Notes: a model not told the origin generated them from the sequence alone. DNA of 64,000 nt from an uncultured Candidatus Saccharibacteria bacterium (GCA_964464735.1 CAYXKF010000001.1:35690-99689); one strand, 5' to 3'; numbered from the stretch's first letter, positions 1-8,957 are shown. Numbers and translations are program-made.

Positions 1-347
1 CGATTGTCGCGCAGTCGGTCGTTGATTGGTTTGCTGATGCTCATCATCAAAAAATAGTTACCGATTTGCTTGAACAAATAACCATCACCAATCCTACGGC
101 GGTAACCAAAAAAACAAACTCTACACTTGTTGGAAAAATATTTGTACTAACTGGAACGCTTCCAACTTTATCGCGCGATGAAGCAAAAGAATTAATCCGA
201 AAGGCGGGTGCGAAAGTGGCAAGCAGTGTCTCGAAAAATACTGATTATGTGGTCGCAGGCGAAAGCGCGGGATCAAAACTTGATGAGGCGCAGAAGCTGG
301 GTGTAAAAATAATTGACGAAAACCAGTTTCTTGCCTTGATAAAATAA
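1..347 (+). CDS. ligA: NAD-dependent DNA ligase LigA, C-terminal fragment (BRCT domain); gene continues upstream of window
   Basis: Reading frame is open from position 3. The translation ...[63 protein letters not shown] is a typical LigA C-terminal BRCT domain. The ORF-track start at 66 is an internal TTG. Confidence 0.8.
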   Translation, partial: IVAQSVVDWFADAHHQKIVTDLLEQITITNPTAVTKKTNSTLVGKIFVLTGTLPTLSRDEAKELIRKAGAKVASSVSKNTDYVVAGESAGSKLDEAQKLGVKIIDENQFLALIK

Positions 348-362
348 AAAGGCCCTGCTTTT

Positions 363-980
363 TTAAATTGCAGAGCGCTTTTCTTTCCGCTGGAGTATTT
401 TTATAACCAAGGGAAGAATAAAAAATATGTTATATATCGCAAACGTGCCTGCAAAAAAAATGTAAGGCACTGTCCATGTGGGGGCGATATATACCGTGAT
501 GATGTTCGTTATCCAAAATCCAATGTAGGATGGTAACGAGCTTAAGTTGGGTTTTTCCCAAGTTTTCCGTAGTAAAGGAATACCTGCAATCATTTGTGCG
601 ATTGTTGAAAAGATGGTTGCCCAGTATAAATCACCAGACATGAGAAAAATTGAGTATACCCACGCGATGAAACTTAGGGCAACTAAGACTGAAATAAAAG
701 TATCAAAGCCTTCCCAGATAATTTTCTGTTTTCTAGTGAGCATAAGAATGCTCATGGCGAGTGCGCCAATAACGAATGCGATCGTCATTGCGTAGCTTTT
801 TTGTTGCTGGATGGCAATGATACATGATACACAGTCTAATAGAAACCATAGGAACCAGGTAGTGAAACTTTGTCCCTCACCATCTTGTTTGATAATGGAA
901 AAAGCAATAGGAAGGTAAGAGCATGATGCTATACTTATGATAACCCAATCGGTTGGACGTAATTCAAGGAACTGATCCAT
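363..980 (-). CDS. hypothetical polytopic membrane protein
   Basis: 205-aa ORF with several hydrophobic helices and no recognizable catalytic motif. Confidence 0.45.
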   Translation of the reverse strand: MDQFLELRPTDWVIISIASCSYLPIAFSIIKQDGEGQSFTTWFLWFLLDCVSCIIAIQQQKSYAMTIAFVIGALAMSILMLTRKQKIIWEGFDTFISVLVALSFIAWVYSIFLMSGDLYWATIFSTIAQMIAGIPLLRKTWEKPNLSSLPSYIGFWITNIITVYIAPTWTVPYIFFAGTFAIYNIFFILPLVIKILQRKEKRSAI

Positions 981-1043
981 TAGCGGTAATTTTGTTGAAC
1001 TCTACAGTACATTATAGTATTAAAATGTCAAATAATATTTAAT

Positions 1044-2720
1044 ATGAGTTCTGATATACTTTCTTCTATGAATCAATGCCAAAAGTGCCAAGCGCAATTC
1101 GAGATTACTGCCGACGATAATGCTTTTTATGAAAAAATGGGCGTGCTTGCTCCAACGCTATGCCCCAAATGCCGCGCGCAGCTGCGTTTAAGTTTTCGCA
1201 ATGAACGGGTGTTTTACAAGCGCGTTTGCGACCGTTGTCAAAAGCCGACCATTAGCATGTTTAGCCAAAACAAGCCGTATCCGGTGTGGTGCTATGACTG
1301 CTGGTGGGCGGACGATTGGGATCCTTCGGTATATGGGCAAGACTACGATCCGTCGCGTCCGTTTTTTGAACAATTTAAAAACCTGTATGCACGCGTTCCA
1401 AAGCCGGCGCTTGTTTCGATGCGCGGGGTGAACTGTGAATATTTAAATTATGCAGCCGACAATAAAAACTGCTATATGATTGTTGAAAGTTCGAATAATG
1501 AAGATTGCATTCATTGTTATTGGATCCAGCTTTCAAATAATTTGGTTGATTGTTCGTTTACCAATAAGGTTGAACTTTCGTATGAAAGCGATGATTGCTA
1601 CGATTCGTTTCGCTTACAGTATTGCCGAGGCTGCCACAGCTGCACCGACAGTTACTTTTTATTGAATTGCCGCGGATGTGCCAATTGTGTCGGATGTACC
1701 AACCTTCGTCAAAAGCAATACTGTATTTTTAATGAACAATATTCGAAAGCAGAATACGAAGAAAAACTAAAGTCATTTGGGTTTGATACGACAAGCGGTG
1801 TTGAACAATTTCGTAAACAATTTAATGAATTTGTAAAAAAGCAGCCGCGAAAATATGCCGAAATAACCAATGCGGTTAATTCGACTGGAAACTACATGGT
1901 GAATATAAAAAATAATAAAAACTGTTTTCATTCGTACGATGCCGAAGATAATGTGTATTGCGTGCATGCATGGCGCGGAGCGAAAGATTGCATGGATTGC
2001 AATACGGTAGGGCGCAATGCCGAAAAAATGTACAACACTTTAAATACCGGAATCGACGTGTCCAACTGCATTGGCTGTAGCGTTTGCTGGGGTTCGACTT
2101 TTATGACGTATTGTGTTAATTGCCCAAGCTCGGCAAACTGTTTTGGGTGCGTCGGCATGCGTACCAAAAAGTATGCCATTTTAAATAAACAGTATTCGCC
2201 CGAAGAATATGAAAAATTAAAAGCCCAGATTGTCAGTGACATGAAAGCCCAGGGTGTTTACGGTGATTTTATTCCAAAAGATGTTTCGGCATTTGGGTAT
2301 AACGAATCTTCGGCGGCAATTGAATTTCCGCTTTCTAAAGACGAAGCACTTGCCCAAGGGTTTAAATGGGAGGATACGCCGCGGGGGACATACGACAAAG
2401 AAACCAAACAGTGGAACGATGTTCCTGATTCGATCAACGACATTACTTTTAATGTTGTTCCTGAAATTTTTACCTGCACAAACTGCACCAAAAATTACAA
2501 AATTATTGCAAACGAACTTGCATTTTATAAACGCCTTAATATCCCACTTCCGCAATGTTGCCCAGATTGTCGTCATGAACGGCGACTAAAGGCGCGCGGG
2601 CCAAACGAACTACATACGCGCAGCTGTTCAAACTGCAATGCTTTGGTGCAAACGTCGTATTCAGAAACCGATGTCCCGATTGTGTATTGTGAAGCATGCT
2701 ATAACCAAGCGTTTGCATAA
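1044..2720 (+). CDS. large cysteine-rich protein with terminal zinc-ribbon domains and an internal duplication (function unknown)
   Basis: 558-aa ORF with more than 60 Cys, mostly in CxxC pairs. The N-terminal ~80 aa and C-terminal ~80 aa are homologous, sharing the pattern AFY[EK][KR].....CP.CR...RL..RN. Two ~120-aa internal repeats both end in NLRQKQYCIFNEQYSKAEYEEKLK and MRTKKYAILNKQYSPEEYEKLK. Confidence 0.7.
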   Translation: MSSDILSSMNQCQKCQAQFEITADDNAFYEKMGVLAPTLCPKCRAQLRLSFRNERVFYKRVCDRCQKPTISMFSQNKPYPVWCYDCWWADDWDPSVYGQDYDPSRPFFEQFKNLYARVPKPALVSMRGVNCEYLNYAADNKNCYMIVESSNNEDCIHCYWIQLSNNLVDCSFTNKVELSYESDDCYDSFRLQYCRGCHSCTDSYFLLNCRGCANCVGCTNLRQKQYCIFNEQYSKAEYEEKLKSFGFDTTSGVEQFRKQFNEFVKKQPRKYAEITNAVNSTGNYMVNIKNNKNCFHSYDAEDNVYCVHAWRGAKDCMDCNTVGRNAEKMYNTLNTGIDVSNCIGCSVCWGSTFMTYCVNCPSSANCFGCVGMRTKKYAILNKQYSPEEYEKLKAQIVSDMKAQGVYGDFIPKDVSAFGYNESSAAIEFPLSKDEALAQGFKWEDTPRGTYDKETKQWNDVPDSINDITFNVVPEIFTCTNCTKNYKIIANELAFYKRLNIPLPQCCPDCRHERRLKARGPNELHTRSCSNCNALVQTSYSETDVPIVYCEACYNQAFA

Positions 2721-2757
2721 ATAAAAGAGGCCGCGTTTGAGCGGTCCCTGTTTGTAA

Positions 2758-3192
2758 CTAATTATGATGAGGTGTGAATTTTTGGGTTTTTGCAAAAAAG
2801 ATTACTGCTAAGAATATCCATATTGCAGTCGTAGTCTCTGTCCATAGTTCGAACATGCAGCAGTTTTGGTGTGGCAAAATAAAGTAGAATATCCATTTTG
2901 TGGACGGTAAAGCAAAAACAGCACAAAGAAACAAAGTTTCCTTATTGGATGTTTTTAGGTCGTTATCTTTTACTACTCTTTTTTGAAATAAGTACAAGAA
3001 TACGATTGACATGAACATATAAGTGAATGGTTGAAGCAAAAGGGGAAAGTTGCTTAGTTGCCGTGGATCTATACTGAATAGATATCCGAACGTAAGTACA
3101 TTTATTACAGCAATAATAACTCCCGCTTTCCAATGAAATATGAGCTTGCCAGCTCGCAATAAGAAGTCTGACGGTATTTTCTTGGGCACCAT
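2758..3192 (-). CDS. hypothetical membrane protein
   Basis: 144-aa ORF with 3-4 predicted TM helices, convergent with the upstream gene. Confidence 0.4.
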   Translation of the reverse strand: MVPKKIPSDFLLRAGKLIFHWKAGVIIAVINVLTFGYLFSIDPRQLSNFPLLLQPFTYMFMSIVFLYLFQKRVVKDNDLKTSNKETLFLCAVFALPSTKWIFYFILPHQNCCMFELWTETTTAIWIFLAVIFFAKTQKFTPHHN

Positions 3193-3291
3193 AAGTAGTT
3201 TTTGTTTTTTACATTAGCTTGCTATGAGCAGTGTGTCAACCCTACACGTATATACTCGCGTCTTTTATGAAAATGTGTATAATCTTTTTTC

Positions 3292-3576
3292 ATGGACGCA
3301 CAGCAGATAAAACATTTTGCACGCCTTGCGCGCATTGGTGTAACCGATACCGAAGCCGACAGTTTGGCGCGTGACGTTAGTCGCATTCTTGAATTTGTTG
3401 ATACGCTGCAAAAGATCGTGCCCGACCAGTCGTATTTAAGCGCAGTCAATCATACGCATGTCGACACTAATCATGTGCGCGATGATGTTCCGCTTGATTC
3501 GGATGCCGCGGTCGATATCGTAAACGGTTTTCCTAAATCAGTAAAAGGGATGCTTAAGGTTCCTAAAGTTTTGTAA
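3292..3576 (+). CDS. gatC: Asp/Glu-tRNA amidotransferase subunit C
   Basis: 94 aa, MDAQQIKHFARLARIGVTDTEADSLARDVSRILEFVDTLQ matches the GatC family. It sits immediately upstream of gatA. A TATAAT box lies at ~3278-3283 just upstream. Confidence 0.8.
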   Translation: MDAQQIKHFARLARIGVTDTEADSLARDVSRILEFVDTLQKIVPDQSYLSAVNHTHVDTNHVRDDVPLDSDAAVDIVNGFPKSVKGMLKVPKVL

Positions 3577-3577
3577 T

Positions 3578-4981
3578 ATGGATATCGACTTATCACAACT
3601 AACCATTGCAAAGGCACACGAGATGCTGGTTGCAAAGCAGATCACGCCCAAGCAATTAATCGAAGCGTACAAGGCCGAGATTGCAAAACGTAATCCAGGG
3701 GTTAATGCATTTTTGGAAGTGTTTGACGATCCGATTCCAACCGAGGTTGATCCCGACAAGCTGCTTTCGTGTATTCCCATCGCATTGAAAGATAATATTT
3801 TAATGCAAGGCCACATTGCAAGCGCTTCATCGAAGATGCTTGAGCATTATGTTGCGCCGTATGATGCAACAGTGGTTAAAAAATTAAAAGAAGCGGGCGC
3901 ATACATTATTGGCCGTACGAACATGGATGAATTTGCGATGGGAAGTTCGACCGAAACGTCGGCATACGGCGTTACCAAAAACCCGATCGACGAATCGCGC
4001 GTTCCCGGCGGATCAAGCGGTGGCGCCGCTGCGGCTTTGGCGATGAATGGAGCATTAGGTGCTTTGGGTACCGACACAGCCGGTTCGGTTCGCCAACCAG
4101 CGGGCTTTTGCGGTGCGGTAGGGTTGTATCCGACCTATGGATCCGTTTCGCGCTATGGCGCAATTGCCATGGGTTCGTCGCTTGACCAGGTTGGTCCTAT
4201 TACCAAGACCGTCGAGGACTGTGAAATACTTTTTAATGCAATTAGTGGTTACGATGCGCACGACGCAAATTCACTTTCGACCGAAACACGCCTTCGTATG
4301 GCAAGCCGCCCGATGGGCAAGCGCATTGGTGTTCCGACCGAGGTGCTTGAAAAAGACGGTATCGACCCCGATGTGCGTGCAAACTTTAACGAATCAATCG
4401 AAAAGATGAAGGCGCTGGGTTACGAAATCGTGCCGATCTCGCTCCCGCATATTTTTTATTCGCTTCCGGCGTACTACATTATTATTCCGGCCGAAGTGTC
4501 ATCAAATCTGGCACGTCTTGACGGGCTTCGCTATGGCACTGCAGCGCCCGAAGGAATGGACCTGTTTAATTCGTATCTTGAAAGCCGTGAACAGGGGTTT
4601 GGTGCCGAAGTAAAACGCCGCATCATTTTAGGGACATATATTTTATCGTCAGGCCACTACGAATCATATTACGCACTTGCGCAGCATATCCGGTCGCTTA
4701 TTACCGACGACTTTGTAAAGGCGTTTGAAAAAGTTGATATCATTGCGACACCGACTTCGCCAACAACCGCATTTAAGATCGGCGAAAAACAAGATCCAGT
4801 ATCAATGTATCTTGCCGATATCTTTACGGTACCTGCCGACTTGGCCGGAATCCCAGCAATTGCGATTCCATCAGGAAAGGATGCAAATGGCCTGCCGTAT
4901 AGCATGCACTTTAATGCACCGCATGGATGCGAACAATATTTGTTTGACGTTGGAAAAGATTTTGAAAGCGTTGTACAATAA
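3578..4981 (+). CDS. gatA: Asp/Glu-tRNA amidotransferase subunit A (amidase signature family)
   Basis: 467 aa with the amidase signature GGSSGGAAAALA and the N-terminal MDIDLSQLTIAKAHEMLVAKQITPKQL typical of GatA. It overlaps the gatC stop by 1 nt. Confidence 0.9.
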   Translation: MDIDLSQLTIAKAHEMLVAKQITPKQLIEAYKAEIAKRNPGVNAFLEVFDDPIPTEVDPDKLLSCIPIALKDNILMQGHIASASSKMLEHYVAPYDATVVKKLKEAGAYIIGRTNMDEFAMGSSTETSAYGVTKNPIDESRVPGGSSGGAAAALAMNGALGALGTDTAGSVRQPAGFCGAVGLYPTYGSVSRYGAIAMGSSLDQVGPITKTVEDCEILFNAISGYDAHDANSLSTETRLRMASRPMGKRIGVPTEVLEKDGIDPDVRANFNESIEKMKALGYEIVPISLPHIFYSLPAYYIIIPAEVSSNLARLDGLRYGTAAPEGMDLFNSYLESREQGFGAEVKRRIILGTYILSSGHYESYYALAQHIRSLITDDFVKAFEKVDIIATPTSPTTAFKIGEKQDPVSMYLADIFTVPADLAGIPAIAIPSGKDANGLPYSMHFNAPHGCEQYLFDVGKDFESVVQ

Positions 4982-5023
4982 ACGCATTGCATTTGTGCCA
5001 CAGGCACATTAACGCAAAACCAC

Positions 5024-5659
5024 ATGTTCGAAGGCGTCCGATTTTTGAATGTCGAATATTTTTTTAACAAGATCGCTGATTTTTTTGCGACTGTTTTTGG
5101 TTATTTGTTTGGCCGTACTTCGGGGGGTACCGTTGATGTGTATCACCGCGGATCAGATGGCCTGCTGGAAGTTTCGCGCAGCAGTGGGCAAGGGTATCAT
5201 ATTTTCTTATTTATCGTCGGCTTTATTGCGCTGATGATGATCATTTATTATTTGTACCTTTCGTACGAAATCCGCCAGATGGAAGTCGAGCATGTAAACC
5301 ATTGGCATGCGCCCGAAACGCACCGCACACAGTCGGCCAATCCGCGCCTTCAGCGATGGGAGAAAGTCGTAGGATTATTCAATTCGTCCGACCATACGCA
5401 GTGGCGTCTTGCTATTATTGAAGCTGACACTATGTTAGAGGAATTAATGGAATATCTAGGTTTTGATGGTACTAATTTAGGTGAACGGCTTAAATCGGCA
5501 TCGGTGCGTGTTTTTCCACCGCTTCAAGACGCATGGGAAGTACATAATTTACGTAATCGCTTGGCGCACGAAGGACTTACCTACGACCTGCAGCAAGACG
5601 AAGCAATGCGCGCGCGCAAGATCTACGAAAACCTGTTTCGGGGGTATAATTTTATTTAG
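5024..5659 (+). CDS. membrane-anchored protein with a C-terminal HEPN-like (Rx4H, DUF4145-like) domain
   Basis: 211 aa with one strong TM helix (YHIFLFIVGFIALMMIIYYLYL). The C-terminal helical region WRLAIIEADTMLEEL...AWEVHNLRNRLAHEG contains an R-x4-H motif in the arrangement seen in HEPN/DUF4145 domains. The exact start is uncertain. Confidence 0.5.
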   Translation: MFEGVRFLNVEYFFNKIADFFATVFGYLFGRTSGGTVDVYHRGSDGLLEVSRSSGQGYHIFLFIVGFIALMMIIYYLYLSYEIRQMEVEHVNHWHAPETHRTQSANPRLQRWEKVVGLFNSSDHTQWRLAIIEADTMLEELMEYLGFDGTNLGERLKSASVRVFPPLQDAWEVHNLRNRLAHEGLTYDLQQDEAMRARKIYENLFRGYNFI

Positions 5660-5721
5660 CACTAAGTCGCTGCTGCTTGCGCATTTGGTTATTTTCGGTA
5701 TAGTAGTTCGGTTCACTTTAT

Positions 5722-5792
5722 AGCGGGGTGGAGTAATGGTAGCTCACCGGGCTCATAACCCGGGGGTGCCCGTTCGAATCGGGCCCCCGCAA
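5722..5792 (+). tRNA. tRNA-fMet (initiator, anticodon CAU)
   Basis: Cloverleaf folded by hand. The anticodon loop is CUCAUAA. Three consecutive G:C pairs at the base of the anticodon stem (GGG/CCC), A11:U24, and a mismatched 1:72 pair (A.A) are initiator hallmarks. The T-loop is TTCGAAT. CCA is not encoded. Confidence 0.8.
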
Positions 5793-5845
5793 CACGATCA
5801 TATTTTCTCGTTGATTTTTTGCCCCGCTTAGGGTATCTTTCTCGT

Positions 5846-5922
5846 GTCGGGGTAGCTCAGTTGGTTAGAGCGTAGCACTCATAAAGCTAAGGTCGGCGGT
5901 TCGATCCCGCCCCTCGACACCA
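5846..5922 (+). tRNA. tRNA with CAU anticodon (elongator Met or lysidine-modified Ile2); 3' CCA encoded
   Basis: Hand-folded with acceptor GTCGGGG/CCTCGAC containing one G.U pair, D-arm GCTCAGTTGGTTAGAGC, anticodon loop CTCATAA, T-arm GGCGGTTCGATCCCGCC, and ACCA at the 3' end. Confidence 0.8.
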
Positions 5923-5976
5923 GCGGTGGATTTTTTGCATACGTATGCTAAGATGCGCCGGTACAATTACATAGAT

Positions 5977-6050
5977 GCAGTCGTAGCTCAACTGGTTAGA
6001 GCACCCGCCTGTCACGCGGGAGGTTGCGGGTTCGAGTCCCGTCGACTGCG
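5977..6050 (+). tRNA. tRNA-Asp (anticodon GUC)
   Basis: Acceptor GCAGTCG/CGACTGC, anticodon loop CTGTCAC, T-arm GCGGGTTCGAGTCCCGT, discriminator G. Confidence 0.85.
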
Positions 6051-6057
6051 CAGAAAG

Positions 6058-6090
6058 CAAAAACAGCCACCTGAAAAGGGCTGTTTTTGC
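6058..6090 (+). terminator. Rho-independent terminator after the tRNA-Asp cluster
   Basis: Hairpin aaCAGCC-acctgaaaag-GGCTGtt followed by TTTTTG. Confidence 0.6.
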
Positions 6091-6132
6091 GTATGGTCGT
6101 TATCCTGAATTTTAAAAATATGGTATTCTGGC

Positions 6133-6720
6133 ATGATGGAAGGAGTGATTCTATTTGCACAGCAAGTAAAACCGATCGTCATAATTATTCATGCGATAGC
6201 AGGCGCAATTGCGTTGGGTGCAACAACCGTTACCGACTATCTTTTTTTTCAATTCCTTAAGGATCTTAAAATCACGGTGCGCGAATCACAGACCCTTGCG
6301 CTGCTATCGAACATTTTGTGGACGGCGCTTGCAATACTGATCGTCTCGGGCTGTTTATTATTTTTAAGCGACATTGCGCGGTATTCGCACAGCAGCAAGT
6401 TTTTGGTTAAATGTGTCGTCGTGGGGGTCATTGCGATCAATGGATATATTTTGCACCGCGTCGTTACACCGCGCATGATCCAGCTTGATTTCATTACGCG
6501 CGCGCATCGTGATAACCACGTCGCACTCAAACGCTTAGCCTTTGCATGCGGAGGCGTCTCGGTCTTTTCGTGGTACTTGGCATTTGTGCTGGGCATGCTT
6601 GCGCGGATTGCGATGCCATTTTGGATATTGGTTGTCATCTACGCAATCGCGCTCGTCGGTATTATGTTAACGGGGCAGGTGGTCTATTGGTACTATCATC
6701 GACGCGCTCCAAAAGCATAA
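6133..6720 (+). CDS. hypothetical polytopic membrane protein
   Basis: 195 aa with 5-6 predicted TM helices. Confidence 0.45.
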   Translation: MMEGVILFAQQVKPIVIIIHAIAGAIALGATTVTDYLFFQFLKDLKITVRESQTLALLSNILWTALAILIVSGCLLFLSDIARYSHSSKFLVKCVVVGVIAINGYILHRVVTPRMIQLDFITRAHRDNHVALKRLAFACGGVSVFSWYLAFVLGMLARIAMPFWILVVIYAIALVGIMLTGQVVYWYYHRRAPKA

Positions 6721-6723
6721 TCT

Positions 6724-7557
6724 ATGAATCACGGGCCGCGTGTTCTTATTTTCTTAGTAACGTTGTGCATTATTGTTTTTTTAGCACAGCTGCGCGTTCC
6801 GATATCGCAGCCATCAGTGGCCGTGCCAATTGCACCAATTGACGAAGTGATTAAAAATACGACGCTGCCGTTGTATAAACGGTTCATGGTTTTGTCGCCG
6901 GTTTCGTTATACATGCAAACACATTTTAGCGACGGCGCAAAAAATCCTTGCCCAAAGCCCAAGCAGTTGTACTCGGACATGTTTTTTGCATTCGTCGATT
7001 TTACCCATGCGCTTCCAGATGGATATGTGCCTAATGACTTAGTTCCATTGCCATCACGTTTTGTAAAAAAGACTAGCGGTACGGTATGCATGCGCGCCGA
7101 GGCCGCAGACGCCATGATCGCGATGCTTACTGATGCGGCAAATTCACAACAGTCAATCGTTGTTTCGTCGGCATTTCGTTCGTCTGAAACGCAAGAGACA
7201 ATTTTAAATGAACGCTTAAACACCATCGGCGAAGCGGCGTATACCCATGTGGCGCTTCCGGGGCATTCGGAACACCAGCTGGGAACGACCGCCGACTTGG
7301 CGGCATTGTCGCTTAATTATTCCTCAGCCGCGCACGCATTTGGTGATTCGATCGAAGGAAAGTGGATTGCGGCGCATGCAGTCGAATATGGTTTTGTGCA
7401 AAGTTACCCATACGGAAAAGAGCCGATTACTGGCTACATTTACGAACCGTGGCATTACCGCTACGTTGGTTTACAAACTGCAAATGCGGTTGTTAATGCA
7501 AGCTTGACTTTGACTGAATATTTAAACCCTGAATTGCTATTAGGCCAACAAAATTGA
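6724..7557 (+). CDS. D-alanyl-D-alanine carboxypeptidase, VanY/peptidase M15B family
   Basis: Motifs SAFRSSETQETIL, GHSEHQLGTTADL and EPWHYRYVG match the VanY-type Zn D,D-carboxypeptidase signature. An N-terminal TM anchor is present. Confidence 0.8.
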   Translation: MNHGPRVLIFLVTLCIIVFLAQLRVPISQPSVAVPIAPIDEVIKNTTLPLYKRFMVLSPVSLYMQTHFSDGAKNPCPKPKQLYSDMFFAFVDFTHALPDGYVPNDLVPLPSRFVKKTSGTVCMRAEAADAMIAMLTDAANSQQSIVVSSAFRSSETQETILNERLNTIGEAAYTHVALPGHSEHQLGTTADLAALSLNYSSAAHAFGDSIEGKWIAAHAVEYGFVQSYPYGKEPITGYIYEPWHYRYVGLQTANAVVNASLTLTEYLNPELLLGQQN

Positions 7558-7619
7558 CAAAGTTTTTTAGCTGTTTCGTTTCCCCTTAGTCCATTACAAG
7601 AGGAGTATAATGAAAATAT

Positions 7620-8885
7620 ATGAAGACGACGTGGCAAAACCAACACGTGCCTACTGAGTCAGAATTGATGGGTAATCTTTTGACCGATGTCGTTATTGTG
7701 GGTGCAGGTGTTGCTGGAACCACGACAGCATATTTGCTTGCCCTGGCTGGCGTGCGCGCCATTGTGCTTGAAAAAGGCGAAATAGTGCAAAACTCGACGA
7801 CCGCCTACACGACCGGATTTTTAGTTTCTGATATTGATACCGACTTGGTTGACCTTATAAAAATATTTGGTGCCGAAAATGCAAAAACAATTTGGTCGTC
7901 GCATGCGCATGCAATTGATGCAATCGAACGTATTGTAAAAAAAGAAAAAATAGAATGCGAATTTATGCGCGCCGATGAATACTGGCTTGCAACATCAAAA
8001 AATTCAAGCAAGCAACTGCGCACCGAAGCGGCATTAGCGCGATCGTATGGTTTTAGTATTGCCGAAGTTCCGATTATGAACCCGTTTGGTTCTTTTGACA
8101 GCATACATGTGTTTAAAAATCAGGCAAAGTTTCATGCCATCAAATATTTGGCTGCGTTGCGCGAAGCGGCGATACAAAATGGGGCAGTGTTTTTTGATAA
8201 TACCGAAGTCGTGCAGATAAGCGGTGATGCACTGGTAACTGTTACTACTAGTGATGGTAAAAAAGTAACCGCACGGCATTTGGTTATTGCAACGTACGAA
8301 CCGTTTTATAACCCCTGGCGGCTGTTTGCCAAAAAGGGAATGTACGTTTCGTATGTTTACGAGTTGGCAGTGCCAAAGGCGGTAATTCCCGAAGGGTTGT
8401 ATCAAGATAGTCATAATCCGTATCACTACATGCGCGTCGACCAAATTGGCGGTGACGAGGATCGCATGATCATTGGCGGTGAAGACCGGCGCGAGGAACT
8501 GCCTGCGGCATTAAAAAAGAATTTTGCCGCACTCTTAAGTTATTTTGAAAAGCAATTTCCTGGTATCGCGTATCGCATCGTAACGCAGTGGGATGGACCG
8601 ATACTTGAATCGATCGATGGCATTGCGTTTATTGGATCATATTGCAATAAGCATCCTAATCGACACATTGCGACCGCGTTTTCGGGAAACGGTATGACCT
8701 ATGGCTATTTGGCAGGTGAAATTATTTCTGACGCTATTTTAGGAAACAAAAATCCATATGCAAAAATATATACTCCTATGCGCCGGCATATCACATTTTG
8801 GGGAATCGTTATAAAAACCCGCGATTACGTCGGTGAATTTTTTGGCGCGTATCTTAAAAACATTTTTAAGAAAAAGCATTCGTGA
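7620..8885 (+). CDS. FAD-dependent oxidoreductase (DAO/glycine oxidase-like)
   Basis: The Rossmann dinucleotide motif VVIVGAGVAGTTTAYLLA lies near the N-terminus, and the 421-aa length fits a DAO-type fold. The start could alternatively be the ATG at 7667. Confidence 0.7.
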   Translation: MKTTWQNQHVPTESELMGNLLTDVVIVGAGVAGTTTAYLLALAGVRAIVLEKGEIVQNSTTAYTTGFLVSDIDTDLVDLIKIFGAENAKTIWSSHAHAIDAIERIVKKEKIECEFMRADEYWLATSKNSSKQLRTEAALARSYGFSIAEVPIMNPFGSFDSIHVFKNQAKFHAIKYLAALREAAIQNGAVFFDNTEVVQISGDALVTVTTSDGKKVTARHLVIATYEPFYNPWRLFAKKGMYVSYVYELAVPKAVIPEGLYQDSHNPYHYMRVDQIGGDEDRMIIGGEDRREELPAALKKNFAALLSYFEKQFPGIAYRIVTQWDGPILESIDGIAFIGSYCNKHPNRHIATAFSGNGMTYGYLAGEIISDAILGNKNPYAKIYTPMRRHITFWGIVIKTRDYVGEFFGAYLKNIFKKKHS

Positions 8886-8957
8886 GCCGTTGGCCGGGAT
8901 TGAACCGGCGACCTCGTCCTTACCATGGACGCGCTCTACCAACTGAGCTACAACGGC
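8885..8957 (-). tRNA. tRNA-Thr (anticodon GGU)
   Basis: The reverse complement folds as GCCGTTG-TA-GCTCAGTTGGTAGAGC-G-CGTCC-ATGGTAA-GGACG-AGGTC-GCCGGTTCAATCCCGGC-CAACGGC with discriminator U. The 3' end overlaps the stop codon of the upstream CDS. Confidence 0.85.

Noticed and set aside
2721-2760. Possible terminator hairpin after the Cys-rich gene (GGCCGCgtttgaGCGGTCC)
   Set aside because: The stem is imperfect (4-5 bp) and lacks a clear U-tract, so it is too weak to call.
5926-6108. 60-aa ORF overlapping tRNA-Asp, with similar ORFs over tRNAs at 8739-8942, 9360-9614, 41685-41909 and 41840-42052
   Set aside because: They are fully explained by tRNA genes. GC-rich tRNA sequence often yields open frames.
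7605-7625. Alternative start at 7609 for the FAD oxidoreductase
   Set aside because: That frame terminates after 15 codons. 7620 or 7667 are the only starts giving the Rossmann-fold protein.
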